NCBI GenBank assembly: GCA_964594235.1
Contig: CAZQMF010000004.1
Coordinates: forward strand, 9,718 to 73,717
DNA length: 64,000 bases
Direction of reading: 5' to 3'
Source of the DNA: an uncultured Acidimicrobiia bacterium
GTDB lineage: Bacteria; Actinomycetota; Acidimicrobiia; Spongiisociales; UBA4744
The notes under the pieces were generated by a model. It made no database searches. It saw nothing but the letters and a program-made list of their open reading frames with translations, and was not told where the DNA came from. Positions 21,190 through 29,942 of this stretch are shown piece after piece. Both the position numbers and the translations under genes were made by a program. The first letter of the stretch is position 1. Every line of letters starts with the position of its first letter.

Positions 21190-22245
21190 TTATGCCCCAA
21201 TTCTACCGGGAGCCCGTTCGATCGCTTGCTCGTACAGCATGATCCAGCGAGGGAGCACCCGAGTCCAATCGAACACGTTCCCCCTGGCTCTCGCAGCGCG
21301 CCCCAGGTGACGGACTCGTTCAGGGTTCGCCAGCAACTCGAGGAGGACATCTGCAAGGCGCTCGCTGTCATTGACAGGCACATGTTCGGCGATCCCACAG
21401 GCAACGCTCACGAATGCCGGTAGGTCGGTGCACACGACAGCGCACCCGGCGGCCATGGCTTCGATCAGGGTGATGCCGAAGCTCTCACCTCCCGTGTTCG
21501 GTGCACAGAAGACCGACGACGAGGCGAGAACTTCACGCTTGCGAAGGTCGGAGACGGTGCCCTCAAACCTGACCCCGGCCGCTCCAATCTCCCTCTTTGC
21601 GCCGACGACGAGCAGCTCCGCGTCCGGTACCGACGCGCGTACTCTCGGCCACGCGGCCAGCAGCACATCGAGGCCCTTGCGGGGGTCGTCGCGCCCCACG
21701 AACGCGACGCGGTGTTCAACTCGTTCCTGCTCTGCGAACCCTCCGACGTCGACGGCGTTTGGCACGATCTCGACGCCCGGGGCGAACTTTTCGACGGCCA
21801 TGGCCGCCTCGGCACTGACCGCCGTCAGCACTTCGATTCGCTCCATGAGATGCGCGAGAAGTGGACCACCGAACTTGTACACTGCTCTGACCACGGCAGC
21901 CGGTTCGGCGTGAAACGTCCCCACGGTGGGTACATAGGTGCCGATCCACGCGGCCGGCCCGACGACTGGAAGCAGCGGTTCGTGCACATGCACGACCTCC
22001 GCGCCGTCTATCGCCTCTTTCACACGCTGGATCGCACCCGGCTCCAAACACACCGGTGCCACCGCGTCGTTCGATTCGATGTTGGTGGTCCCTCCGACAG
22101 ACGTCCAGGTTCCATCGGATTCGCCAGGACCGATCAGCTTCACGCTGTGTCCGGCCCGAGCGAGTTGGTCTCGCAGTTGCAGTGCCTGCTCCTGCACACC
22201 TCCGTGTCTATCGAGCGCATACGGGCTGACGATCGCGAGTCTCAC
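21190..22245 (-). CDS. pimA: GT4 family glycosyltransferase, PimA-like
   Basis: 351 aa GT-B fold with [15 protein letters not shown] (E-x7-E). Sits with the acyltransferase and pgsA as in the mycobacterial PIM locus. The symbol is assigned by synteny only. Confidence 0.7.
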   Translation of the reverse strand: MRLAIVSPYALDRHGGVQEQALQLRDQLARAGHSVKLIGPGESDGTWTSVGGTTNIESNDAVAPVCLEPGAIQRVKEAIDGAEVVHVHEPLLPVVGPAAWIGTYVPTVGTFHAEPAAVVRAVYKFGGPLLAHLMERIEVLTAVSAEAAMAVEKFAPGVEIVPNAVDVGGFAEQERVEHRVAFVGRDDPRKGLDVLLAAWPRVRASVPDAELLVVGAKREIGAAGVRFEGTVSDLRKREVLASSSVFCAPNTGGESFGITLIEAMAAGCAVVCTDLPAFVSVACGIAEHVPVNDSERLADVLLELLANPERVRHLGRAARARGNVFDWTRVLPRWIMLYEQAIERAPGRIGA

Positions 22246-23180
22246 GGCGCTCTCCTATCGGAGGGCCAGTTCGGCTGCACGATGTGCCACTGCTCGGGTG
22301 CTCGCCGAATCAGCTCCTCGAGTGCCGCGGCAATCCTCCGAGTCCCCTCAACGATCCGCTCCTCCACCGTTCCCGAGCTGGGCATTTCGACGGGCGCTTC
22401 GACCACCAGTCGGTGGCCACGCCCTTTCTTGAAGTATGCGGCGACCGGGAACACGGGGACGCCGTGTCGCATTCCCAGCGCGGCGGCTCCTGCGGGCATC
22501 GACGTTACTTCGCCGAAGAACTCGACATCCACTCCCCCGTCCTTGACGTTTCGATCCATGACCAGTGCGACGGCGGCCCCGCGGTCCAGCGCCTGCCCCA
22601 GCCGGTTCATGATGTTCGGTTCGTTCGCCAGTACCACGTCGATGCCGAGCTGACGTCGTATGTCGATGAACCAGTCCACAACATCGCTGTCCGGTAGCGG
22701 TTCGGCGACCGCGAGGAGTTCCAGACCGATGTCGTGTGCAACGCTGCCCGCCACTTCCCAGTTGCCGATGTGGGGTAGCGCGAAGATCATCCCGGTTCCT
22801 TCGTCGCGCGCCGCCTCTGCCCGTTCCACTCCATCTCTGTCGATGTGGCGCAGGATCGCCGGTACGCGATGAGGTCGCACCCAGAACGCCTCTGCCCAGT
22901 ACCGGCCATATGCTCCGAACGCTCTCCTGGCGGTGTCTTCGACTTCCCACTCGGATCCGATTGCCCGACTCACGTGGCGGATGTTCATCCGGCGTCGCCG
23001 ACCCGCGCGTTCGAACGCGAGGCGTCCGGCTCGCTCCCCCACGACACGCACGATCGGCTCCGGCATCCACCCAGCCATGGCGATCCCCGCTCGGTACAGC
23101 GCGTTCACGCGTCGAGTCGTTTCCAGCCGATCCAGAACCGCTGAACGACGGTGATCCACACGAGCGCCACCATCGCCCAC
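22242..23180 (-). CDS. lysophospholipid/PIM acyltransferase (HtrB/PatA-like)
   Basis: HIGNWE acyltransferase motif. An alternative start, GTG 23108, overlaps the pgsA stop (GTGA), so the start is uncertain. Confidence 0.8.
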   Translation of the reverse strand: MGDGGARVDHRRSAVLDRLETTRRVNALYRAGIAMAGWMPEPIVRVVGERAGRLAFERAGRRRRMNIRHVSRAIGSEWEVEDTARRAFGAYGRYWAEAFWVRPHRVPAILRHIDRDGVERAEAARDEGTGMIFALPHIGNWEVAGSVAHDIGLELLAVAEPLPDSDVVDWFIDIRRQLGIDVVLANEPNIMNRLGQALDRGAAVALVMDRNVKDGGVDVEFFGEVTSMPAGAAALGMRHGVPVFPVAAYFKKGRGHRLVVEAPVEMPSSGTVEERIVEGTRRIAAALEELIRRAPEQWHIVQPNWPSDRRAP

Positions 23181-23698
23181 AACATCGGTCCGATCAGCCC
23201 GGACAAGATCCCGGCACCGAACAGGATCAGACGCTCGGCCCTCCCCATGATCCCACCTCGACCATCAACGCCACCGGTCTCTACTTTCGCCCGCAGGTAC
23301 GAGATCAGGAGCGAACCGCCAAGCGAGACAGTACACAGCGCGACCCATGCCGGTGTATCCGAGACAGCCAGTGCCAGACCGGTCCACATCGCCGTTTCTT
23401 CCACTCTGTCCGTCACCGAGTCCAGCAGCGCTCCCCGTGCCGAGACGCTCCCTCGTGCTCTGGCGACCGCTCCGTCGAGGGCGTCGATCGCCGATCCCAC
23501 CAACACGAAGCCGACGCCGAGTTGCAGTCGTCCGGCTGCGATCAGCGCTGCCCCTGCAAGAGCAACGATCAATCCGAACAGGGTGACGTGCCACGCGCGC
23601 ACCCCGACTCGGGCGAGCGCCTTCCCGATCGGCGCGAACATGGCATTGGCCCTCCGGCGGGCCTTGAGTTCGATCATGGGTGCAGCAACGTACCACAC
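23105..23698 (-). CDS. pgsA: CDP-alcohol phosphatidyltransferase (phosphatidylinositol-phosphate synthase-like)
   Basis: Motif DALDGAVARARGSVSARGALLDSVTDRVEE matches D-G-x2-A-R-x8-G-x3-D-x3-D. Start uncertain (GTG 23698 or ATG 23677). Confidence 0.8.
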   Translation of the reverse strand: MWYVAAPMIELKARRRANAMFAPIGKALARVGVRAWHVTLFGLIVALAGAALIAAGRLQLGVGFVLVGSAIDALDGAVARARGSVSARGALLDSVTDRVEETAMWTGLALAVSDTPAWVALCTVSLGGSLLISYLRAKVETGGVDGRGGIMGRAERLILFGAGILSGLIGPMLWAMVALVWITVVQRFWIGWKRLDA

Positions 23699-23764
23699 CG
23701 TTCGAGCGCCGGGATGAGGGGCGGCATCCCGCCACTAGAATCGTCCGAAACATCAGGAGGTCAT

Positions 23765-25810
23765 GTGGTCCCGGAGAACATACGGAACGTCGCACTGGTC
23801 GGTCACGGTGGAAGCGGGAAGACCTCCCTCGCCGAAGCGCTGTTGTTCACCGCCGGGCAGACCACTCGACTGGGACGCATCGAAGATGGCAACACCGTCA
23901 CCGACCATGAGCCAGAAGAGATCGAGCGCGAGTTGTCGCTCGGGCTGGCCACCGCGTCGTTCCCATGGGGCAGCCAGAGAATCACGATCATCGACACCCC
24001 GGGGTATGCCGACTTCGTCGGAGATGCGCGCTCTGCACTCAGAGCTGCCGACATGGCCGTGTTCGTCGTTTCGGGAGTGGACGGTGTGGAGGTACAGACC
24101 GAGGCGTTGTGGCAGTTCGCCGGCGAAGAGGGAGTTCCACGGGTCATCTTCGTGAACAAGCTCGACCGCGAGCGAGCGTCCTTCCAGCGGACACTCGACC
24201 AGCTTCGCGAGACGTTCGGAAAGGGGGTCGCTCCGGTACAGGTGCCGATCGGGTCGGAGACCGAGCTGTCGGGATTGGTTCGGGTCGTCTCGAACACCGC
24301 CGTTCAGTACGCCGGTGGCAACCCGAAAGGAACCCCGGCTAGCGCGCCGGACTCGATGAGCGATGTTCTCGGAGAGATGCACACAGCCCTCGTCGAGTCG
24401 GTCGTTGAGACCAGCGACGAGCTGCTGGAGGCCTACTTCGAAGGAGTAGAGCCCGACAGGCCGACAATCGTCGAGATCACTCGCTCGGGCATTCTCACGG
24501 GAGAGATCCAACCGGTGCTGTGTGGATCCGCGACGCAGCTCATCGGTATCGACACGCTCGCCGATTTCATCGCGGAGTTCGGACCCAGTCCCCTGGAACG
24601 TCCCCCCGTACCACTGAAGGGAGGCGGGACCCTCTCACTCGACGACGGCCCCGTTGCATACGTTTTCAAGACCACGTCCGACCCATATGTAGGGCGGATC
24701 TCACTTTTGCGGGTGTACTCGGGGAAGGTAGAGGCGGACGACGTCCTCGAGTCATCGACGGGCGAGAAGGTACGCGTCCACAACTTGTTCACCATGCAGG
24801 GCAAAGAGCACAATGATGCGACCGAACTGGTGGCCGGCGACATCGCAGCAGTCGCCAAGATCGAGAATCTCAGTCCCGGCGACACGCTGCATACGCCCGG
24901 TTCTTCCGTGGAGATCGCACCCGTGGCGATGCCGCGGCCGGTCATGAGCGTCGTCGTGTCCCCTCACTCCTCACAAGACGAGGAGAAACTCTCGACGGCG
25001 CTCGCAAGGATCGCCGAGGAGGACCCGACCCTCGAGGTCGAGCGAAGAGCCGAGACGAAGGAGACGGTCCTCTCCGGTCTCGGTGACACACATCTCGACG
25101 TCACCGTTGCCCGTCTTGCTCGCAAGTTCGGGGTCGAGGTGGAGACGTCGATACCGACGGTGGCCTACCGTGAGACGATCGGTGCGACTGCCGAAGCCGA
25201 AGGCAAGCACAAGAAGCAGAGCGGTGGCCGAGGCCAGTTCGGCGTGGCGTTCGTTCGTTTCGAACCCCTTCCGAGAGGCTCTGGGTACGAGTTTGTCGAT
25301 GCAATCAAGGGCGGGTCGATTCCCCGCCAGTACATCCCGGCCGTCGACAAGGGGGTCCAGGAGGGTCTGGAACGAGGCATCCTCGCCGGCTTTCCCGTCA
25401 CGGACATCAAGGCAACCGTGTATGACGGAAAGTACCACTCGGTCGACTCGGACGAGCTGTCGTTTCGGATGGCGGGGATCATGGCTGTGCGGACGGCGGC
25501 CCCGAGTCTGCGAGCCACTCTCCTCGAGCCGATCGTGAAAGCCCGGATCAACGTCCCGGAGGACTACATGGGTGACGTCATCGGCGACCTCAACGCGAAA
25601 CGGGGGAGAGTGCTCGGCATGGACTCGGACGGTCGGTATCGGATCGTGACGGCAGAGGTTCCACTGGCGGAGATGCAGCGATACGCGATCGATCTTCGGT
25701 CGATGACGGGCGGACGGGGTAGCTTTGAAATGGAGTTCGACCACTACGAGGAAGTTCCGAGGCAGGAAGCCCAGAAGGTGATCGCTTCTGCCCAACACGA
25801 AGATGCGTAG
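23765..25810 (+). CDS. elongation factor G paralogue (EF-G-like, actinobacterial fusA2 type)
   Basis: The listed 1024-aa ORF is homologous to EF-G only from VVPENIRNVALVGHGGSGKTS. GTG 23765 lies 4 nt after AGGAGG; in-frame ATG 23714 is an alternative. Motifs DTPGYADF and NKLD. Confidence 0.85.
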   Translation: MVPENIRNVALVGHGGSGKTSLAEALLFTAGQTTRLGRIEDGNTVTDHEPEEIERELSLGLATASFPWGSQRITIIDTPGYADFVGDARSALRAADMAVFVVSGVDGVEVQTEALWQFAGEEGVPRVIFVNKLDRERASFQRTLDQLRETFGKGVAPVQVPIGSETELSGLVRVVSNTAVQYAGGNPKGTPASAPDSMSDVLGEMHTALVESVVETSDELLEAYFEGVEPDRPTIVEITRSGILTGEIQPVLCGSATQLIGIDTLADFIAEFGPSPLERPPVPLKGGGTLSLDDGPVAYVFKTTSDPYVGRISLLRVYSGKVEADDVLESSTGEKVRVHNLFTMQGKEHNDATELVAGDIAAVAKIENLSPGDTLHTPGSSVEIAPVAMPRPVMSVVVSPHSSQDEEKLSTALARIAEEDPTLEVERRAETKETVLSGLGDTHLDVTVARLARKFGVEVETSIPTVAYRETIGATAEAEGKHKKQSGGRGQFGVAFVRFEPLPRGSGYEFVDAIKGGSIPRQYIPAVDKGVQEGLERGILAGFPVTDIKATVYDGKYHSVDSDELSFRMAGIMAVRTAAPSLRATLLEPIVKARINVPEDYMGDVIGDLNAKRGRVLGMDSDGRYRIVTAEVPLAEMQRYAIDLRSMTGGRGSFEMEFDHYEEVPRQEAQKVIASAQHEDA

Positions 25811-25880
25811 GGAGGAGTAGACCAATCACGCGAGGGCGTCCCCCCTCGGGCATGTCCTCGACAGAGCCCAAGGAGGCACT

Positions 25881-27179
25881 ATGGCATTGAAAGAAGCCCT
25901 AGAGCGGACAATCAACGAGTGGAGGCCGCGAACAACTCGACTGCTGAAGCAGTTTGGAGATGTCAAGGTCTCCGATGTCACCATTTCTCAGGCGATCGGT
26001 GGGGCCCGAGGTGTGCGGTGCCTCGTTACGGACATCTCATACCTCGACCCGAATGAGGGGATCAGGTTCCGGGGGCACACGATCCCCGAGACGCTTGCGC
26101 TGCTCCCGAAGGTCCCTGGGAAGGAGATGCCCTACGTCGAAGGCCACATCTACCTTCTTCTGACCGGTGAGATCCCCACCGAGGACGACGTCACCGATCT
26201 GGTCGATGACTTGAAGCGTCGCAGGGGCGTTCCCGGCTACGTGTTCGACATGCTCCGTGCGATGCCACTCGACACCCACCCGATGACGATGTTCTCCGCG
26301 GGCATACTCGCCATGCAGCGCGAGTCCGAGTACGTGAAGGCGTACAACGAGGGCCTCGGCAAGATGGACCATTGGCAGCCGACCCTCGAGGACGCTTTGA
26401 ACCTGTGGGCAAGGCTCCCGGAACTCGGCGCGTTCATCTACCGCCTCAAGTACAAGGGTGACACGCTTATCGCGTCTGATCCGAACCAGGACCTCGGAGG
26501 CGACTTCGCTCACATGATGGGTATCGAGGACCCGTACGACGACGTTGCTCGTCTCTACTTCATCCTCCATTCGGATCATGAGAGCGGCAACGTGAGCGCT
26601 CACACCGGACACCTGGTGGCAAGCGCCCTCTCAGACGTGTACTACGCGGCGTCGGCGATGATCGACGGCCTTGCCGGTCCTCTCCACGGCCTCGCCAACC
26701 AGGAGGTCCTGCGTTGGATCCAGGGTGTGATGGACAAGATGGGCGGCGTCGTACCGACTGAGGAGAAGATGAAGGAGTTCGTCTGGGAAACCCTCAACTC
26801 CGGTCAGGTGATCCCCGGGTTCGGGCACGCAGTGCTGCGCAAGACCGATCCGAGATATGCCGAACAGCGCAACTTCTGCCTCAAGCACCTTCCGGACGAT
26901 CCCATCTTCAAGTATGTGGACGTCCTCTACAAGGTGGTCCCCCCGATCCTGGAGGAGCAGGGCAAGGCGAAGAACCCCTGGCCGAACGTCGACGCGCAGT
27001 CCGGTGTCATCCAGTGGCACTACGGCCTGCAAGAGTACGACTTCTACACCGTGCTCTTCGGCGTCGGACGCTCCCTCGGGGTCCTGTCCAACATCGTGTG
27101 GGACAGAGCGCTCGGCTACCCGATCGAGCGACCGAAGTCACTCACGACGGCAATGCTCGAGGACATCGCCGGCGTCTAG
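25881..27179 (+). CDS. citrate synthase, eukaryote/mitochondrial-like type
   Basis: 432 aa. LHSDHESGNVSAHTGHLVASALSD, GLAGPLHGLANQEVL and GFGHAVLRKTDPRY closely resemble the motifs of animal mitochondrial citrate synthase. AAGGAGG lies upstream. Confidence 0.9.
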   Translation: MALKEALERTINEWRPRTTRLLKQFGDVKVSDVTISQAIGGARGVRCLVTDISYLDPNEGIRFRGHTIPETLALLPKVPGKEMPYVEGHIYLLLTGEIPTEDDVTDLVDDLKRRRGVPGYVFDMLRAMPLDTHPMTMFSAGILAMQRESEYVKAYNEGLGKMDHWQPTLEDALNLWARLPELGAFIYRLKYKGDTLIASDPNQDLGGDFAHMMGIEDPYDDVARLYFILHSDHESGNVSAHTGHLVASALSDVYYAASAMIDGLAGPLHGLANQEVLRWIQGVMDKMGGVVPTEEKMKEFVWETLNSGQVIPGFGHAVLRKTDPRYAEQRNFCLKHLPDDPIFKYVDVLYKVVPPILEEQGKAKNPWPNVDAQSGVIQWHYGLQEYDFYTVLFGVGRSLGVLSNIVWDRALGYPIERPKSLTTAMLEDIAGV

Positions 27180-27190
27180 GCCGAGCTCGA

Positions 27191-27223
27191 GAGAGTGGGA
27201 GTCCTCCCCGGACTCCCACTCTC
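27191..27223. terminator. bidirectional terminator-like hairpin between citrate synthase and the MMPL gene
   Basis: Perfect 14-bp stem GAGAGTGGGAGTCC / GGACTCCCACTCTC with a 5-nt loop, 12 nt after the citrate synthase stop. Confidence 0.6.
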
Positions 27224-27301
27224 GTATCTGGTACGTCGTACGCGACTGTCGGCGCACGGCGACCGCGGGGCGACTCGTACCCCTACGAGATACAAGGTAC
27301 G

Positions 27302-27328
27302 GGGTGAGCGAGCTTCGCTCGGTCACCC
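27302..27328 (-). terminator. hairpin immediately after the MMPL stop
   Basis: 12-bp stem with one mismatch (GGGTGAGCGAGC / GCTCGGTCACCC) and a 3-nt loop, 3 nt from the stop at 27331. Confidence 0.45.
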
Positions 27329-27330
27329 TC

Positions 27331-29883
27331 CTACTCGTCCAGGAGTCCGTGGGCGGCAAGCCGGTCTCTGTCGAACGTCGTGGCATGGCGGCGCCGGTGC
27401 CACGAGTCCCACAGCGCGAGCATCGACGGCAGTACCAACACCGACGCGATCAGCGCCGCAGCGAGCGCGAACACCGTCACCTCACCCATCTGCTGCATCG
27501 GCTTCAGCGATGAGGTCATCAGTATGCCGAACCCTGCCATGGTCGTGAACGCCGAGCCGGCGAGTGCAGCTCCCGTATGCCGAGCGGTCGATCGGATCGC
27601 TTCCTCCTGATCCTCGTACCGAATCCGATCCTCCTCGAATCTGTGGGTGACGTGAATCGTGAATGGCACGCCGATACCGATAGCCATTGCCGAGAGGGTC
27701 GCTGTCACCGGGTTGAACGAGATGCCGAACAGGGCCATCATCCCGAATGTCCACAACACCACGAGCGCGACCGGTGCGATCGTGATCACGCCGAGGAAGG
27801 GCCTACGGGTCTCGAACCAGAAGTTGCCGATCAACAGAAGCATGGCCGCGATGATGGCCACGAACAGCGACCGGATCTGCGAGTTGGACAGCTTCTCGAT
27901 GATCACCGACGAGATGATGTTCGTCGATGTGGGGGTCGCCATCAGCCCGACGTCCCTCACAGGCGAGAAGTCTCCGTTGAGATCGGTGAGCAGCTCCGTT
28001 GCTCGTTCCTCGCCCGCGGACGTCGAGATCGCGAATTGGGCCGCCGTGTAGGTCCCGTTCGTGTCCCTGTGGAGGACGCGTCCTGCCGCTTCTGGTAACG
28101 CGGCCATGGCTGCGTCGTAGATCGCGGAGACATCAGCGCTCGACGAAACGGTCAGATCCGGTTGGAGCCCAGCTGCTCCTGCCGCCTGAAGGAACGTCTG
28201 GTCCCCCGACTGCGCCAAGGTACCGATGACACTCAGTGGCGATTCCGCGGCGGCAATCCCACCGTAGGTGATCACATCGGGAGTGTCCGTGAGGCTCTTC
28301 GAGGCGTCCAGAAACGCGGCATACGCTGCCGGCGTGGCGACGTCGCCCTTGATGAGCACGTTCGTCTGCTCGCCGAAACCTCCAGAGAACTCCCGGTCGA
28401 GCGTCTTGAAGGCGAGAACCGACGGTGAGTCGGCTGGAAGAAAGTCGATGAAGCTGAACGTCGTTTTCAGCTGGCTGAGTCCATACGCACCGAGCCCTCC
28501 CAGGACCAGCGCGACGATCAGCGTGATGACGGGGATCCGCTCGGCGAGCACCGCTGTTCGTGCGGCGATCCGAGGGAGTGCCCGCTCGGTCGTCCCTGCA
28601 GCAAAGGAGTCGGCGTGCAGGCGTCCGGCACGCTCGGCTCGACGGTCCAGGATGAGTCTGATGGCCGGCAGCAGCGTGAGCATGAGGATGAATGCCGCCC
28701 CGATACCGATCGCCGTGAGGATGCCGAAGTCCTTCAATCCTGGAATGGGCGAGATCAGGTTCGTCAGGAATCCGACGGCGGTGGTGATCGTCGCGAGGAT
28801 GAGCGCAACGCCCACCGTGCTGATCGCTCTCGTCGAGGCCGAAGCCACGCTCTTGCCCGCGCTGATCTCTTCCCGATACCGCCCCGTCAAGTGAATCGCA
28901 TAATCGACCCCCAGACCGATGAGCAGAATCGGAACGATCTGCGTGATCTCGTTCAACCTGCCGATTACGCCCAGATGATCGGGTCCAAGTAGGACGGCGA
29001 GACCCTGCACCCATACGATGGCCGTCATGATCACCAGGAGCGTGAGTGCGACGTCTGCGGCGGTCCTTCGAAGGCTGCCCCACGGTGACCGTCCTCCGCG
29101 CGGACGAACCCAGTACACGTACCCGAGAATGAGCAGAATGATCACGAACGCGCTGATGAACAGGCGACCGACCTCTTTCGAGAAATCGAATTCGTTCCCG
29201 AATAGCAGCAGCGTGCTGAACGCCTGCACTTTGATCGTGTCGGTGGAGAACTGGTCGGCGGCGCTCGCGGCCGCCTGCTCTACGTCCACGATGCCCGAGA
29301 AGTCGTTTCCGCCTTGGATCGAGGACGTGTCCAGGAAAACGACGACCAGCCCCGCCGGCGAGACAGCGCCGTCGAAGTTGGTGTTGCTCGACACCAGCGC
29401 CCGAAGGTAGTCCGCCTGGTCCGCCGGTGCCTGCGACAGGGTGAGGGAGTACAGCTGCTGTACCTGCGAGTCGGTGAGGCCGTCCACAGGGATGCCTTGC
29501 ATAGAGGCGCCCTGCATCACTCCCCCGAGGTACGAAACGATGCCGGCACGGTCGGCGCGATCGGAGATGTAGGGACCCGCGTCGCTCGATCGGATTGCGT
29601 CCTCGATGCTCTGGACGGTCTTGACTCCGTCGGCCGAAATGACATTGTCACCACTGAGGATGATCTGCATCACCTGCTCGTTGCCGCCGGTGGAAAAGAG
29701 CTGCTCGATCTCCCTCGATGCCTGAAGCTCGGGTGTGTCCGGGGCGAAGCCCTCCTGTCCCGTGGACACCGTCGAATTCGACGCGAACGAGCCAAGTCCC
29801 GCCGTGACGAGCAGAACGATCCCGATCGTCCACCATGGCCATCGGCGGATGACGGCAGAGATCGCACCAACCAATTGCTTCAC
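27331..29883 (-). CDS. MMPL/RND superfamily membrane transporter
   Basis: 850 aa. Two repeated halves, each with a large extracytoplasmic loop and a TM bundle. GTG start preceded by AGAGGGAG. Confidence 0.85.
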   Translation of the reverse strand: MKQLVGAISAVIRRWPWWTIGIVLLVTAGLGSFASNSTVSTGQEGFAPDTPELQASREIEQLFSTGGNEQVMQIILSGDNVISADGVKTVQSIEDAIRSSDAGPYISDRADRAGIVSYLGGVMQGASMQGIPVDGLTDSQVQQLYSLTLSQAPADQADYLRALVSSNTNFDGAVSPAGLVVVFLDTSSIQGGNDFSGIVDVEQAAASAADQFSTDTIKVQAFSTLLLFGNEFDFSKEVGRLFISAFVIILLILGYVYWVRPRGGRSPWGSLRRTAADVALTLLVIMTAIVWVQGLAVLLGPDHLGVIGRLNEITQIVPILLIGLGVDYAIHLTGRYREEISAGKSVASASTRAISTVGVALILATITTAVGFLTNLISPIPGLKDFGILTAIGIGAAFILMLTLLPAIRLILDRRAERAGRLHADSFAAGTTERALPRIAARTAVLAERIPVITLIVALVLGGLGAYGLSQLKTTFSFIDFLPADSPSVLAFKTLDREFSGGFGEQTNVLIKGDVATPAAYAAFLDASKSLTDTPDVITYGGIAAAESPLSVIGTLAQSGDQTFLQAAGAAGLQPDLTVSSSADVSAIYDAAMAALPEAAGRVLHRDTNGTYTAAQFAISTSAGEERATELLTDLNGDFSPVRDVGLMATPTSTNIISSVIIEKLSNSQIRSLFVAIIAAMLLLIGNFWFETRRPFLGVITIAPVALVVLWTFGMMALFGISFNPVTATLSAMAIGIGVPFTIHVTHRFEEDRIRYEDQEEAIRSTARHTGAALAGSAFTTMAGFGILMTSSLKPMQQMGEVTVFALAAALIASVLVLPSMLALWDSWHRRRHATTFDRDRLAAHGLLDE

Positions 29884-29942
29884 AGAAACTCCCTCTGGCT
29901 GCGGTCAGGATATGTGCTTGCTGCAGTTTGCAGAAATCGCGA

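Noticed and set aside
22736-23764. N-terminal 343 codons of the listed 1024-aa plus-strand ORF
   Set aside because: The segment is antisense to the well-supported pgsA and acyltransferase genes. It is Arg/Pro/Ser-rich with no recognisable domain. EF-G homology begins only at 23765 (or 23714). This is a typical high-GC open frame artefact.
27224-27265. Possible weak heptad periodicity after the citrate synthase hairpin (GTATCTG GTACGTC GTACGCG ACTGTCG)
   Set aside because: Only the GTA prefix repeats. The core does not match the YGASARC/GCTGTYN family and only three units align, so I do not count it as a member.
29884-29942. Leader, T-box or attenuator elements upstream of the tRNA synthetase genes (also 31869-31925 for thrS, and the junctions before hisS and aspS)
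   Set aside because: The spacers are 57-59 nt or the genes overlap, which is too short for a T-box. The similarity of CCTCTGGCTGCGG at 29891 to array F is on the opposite strand and is not repeated.
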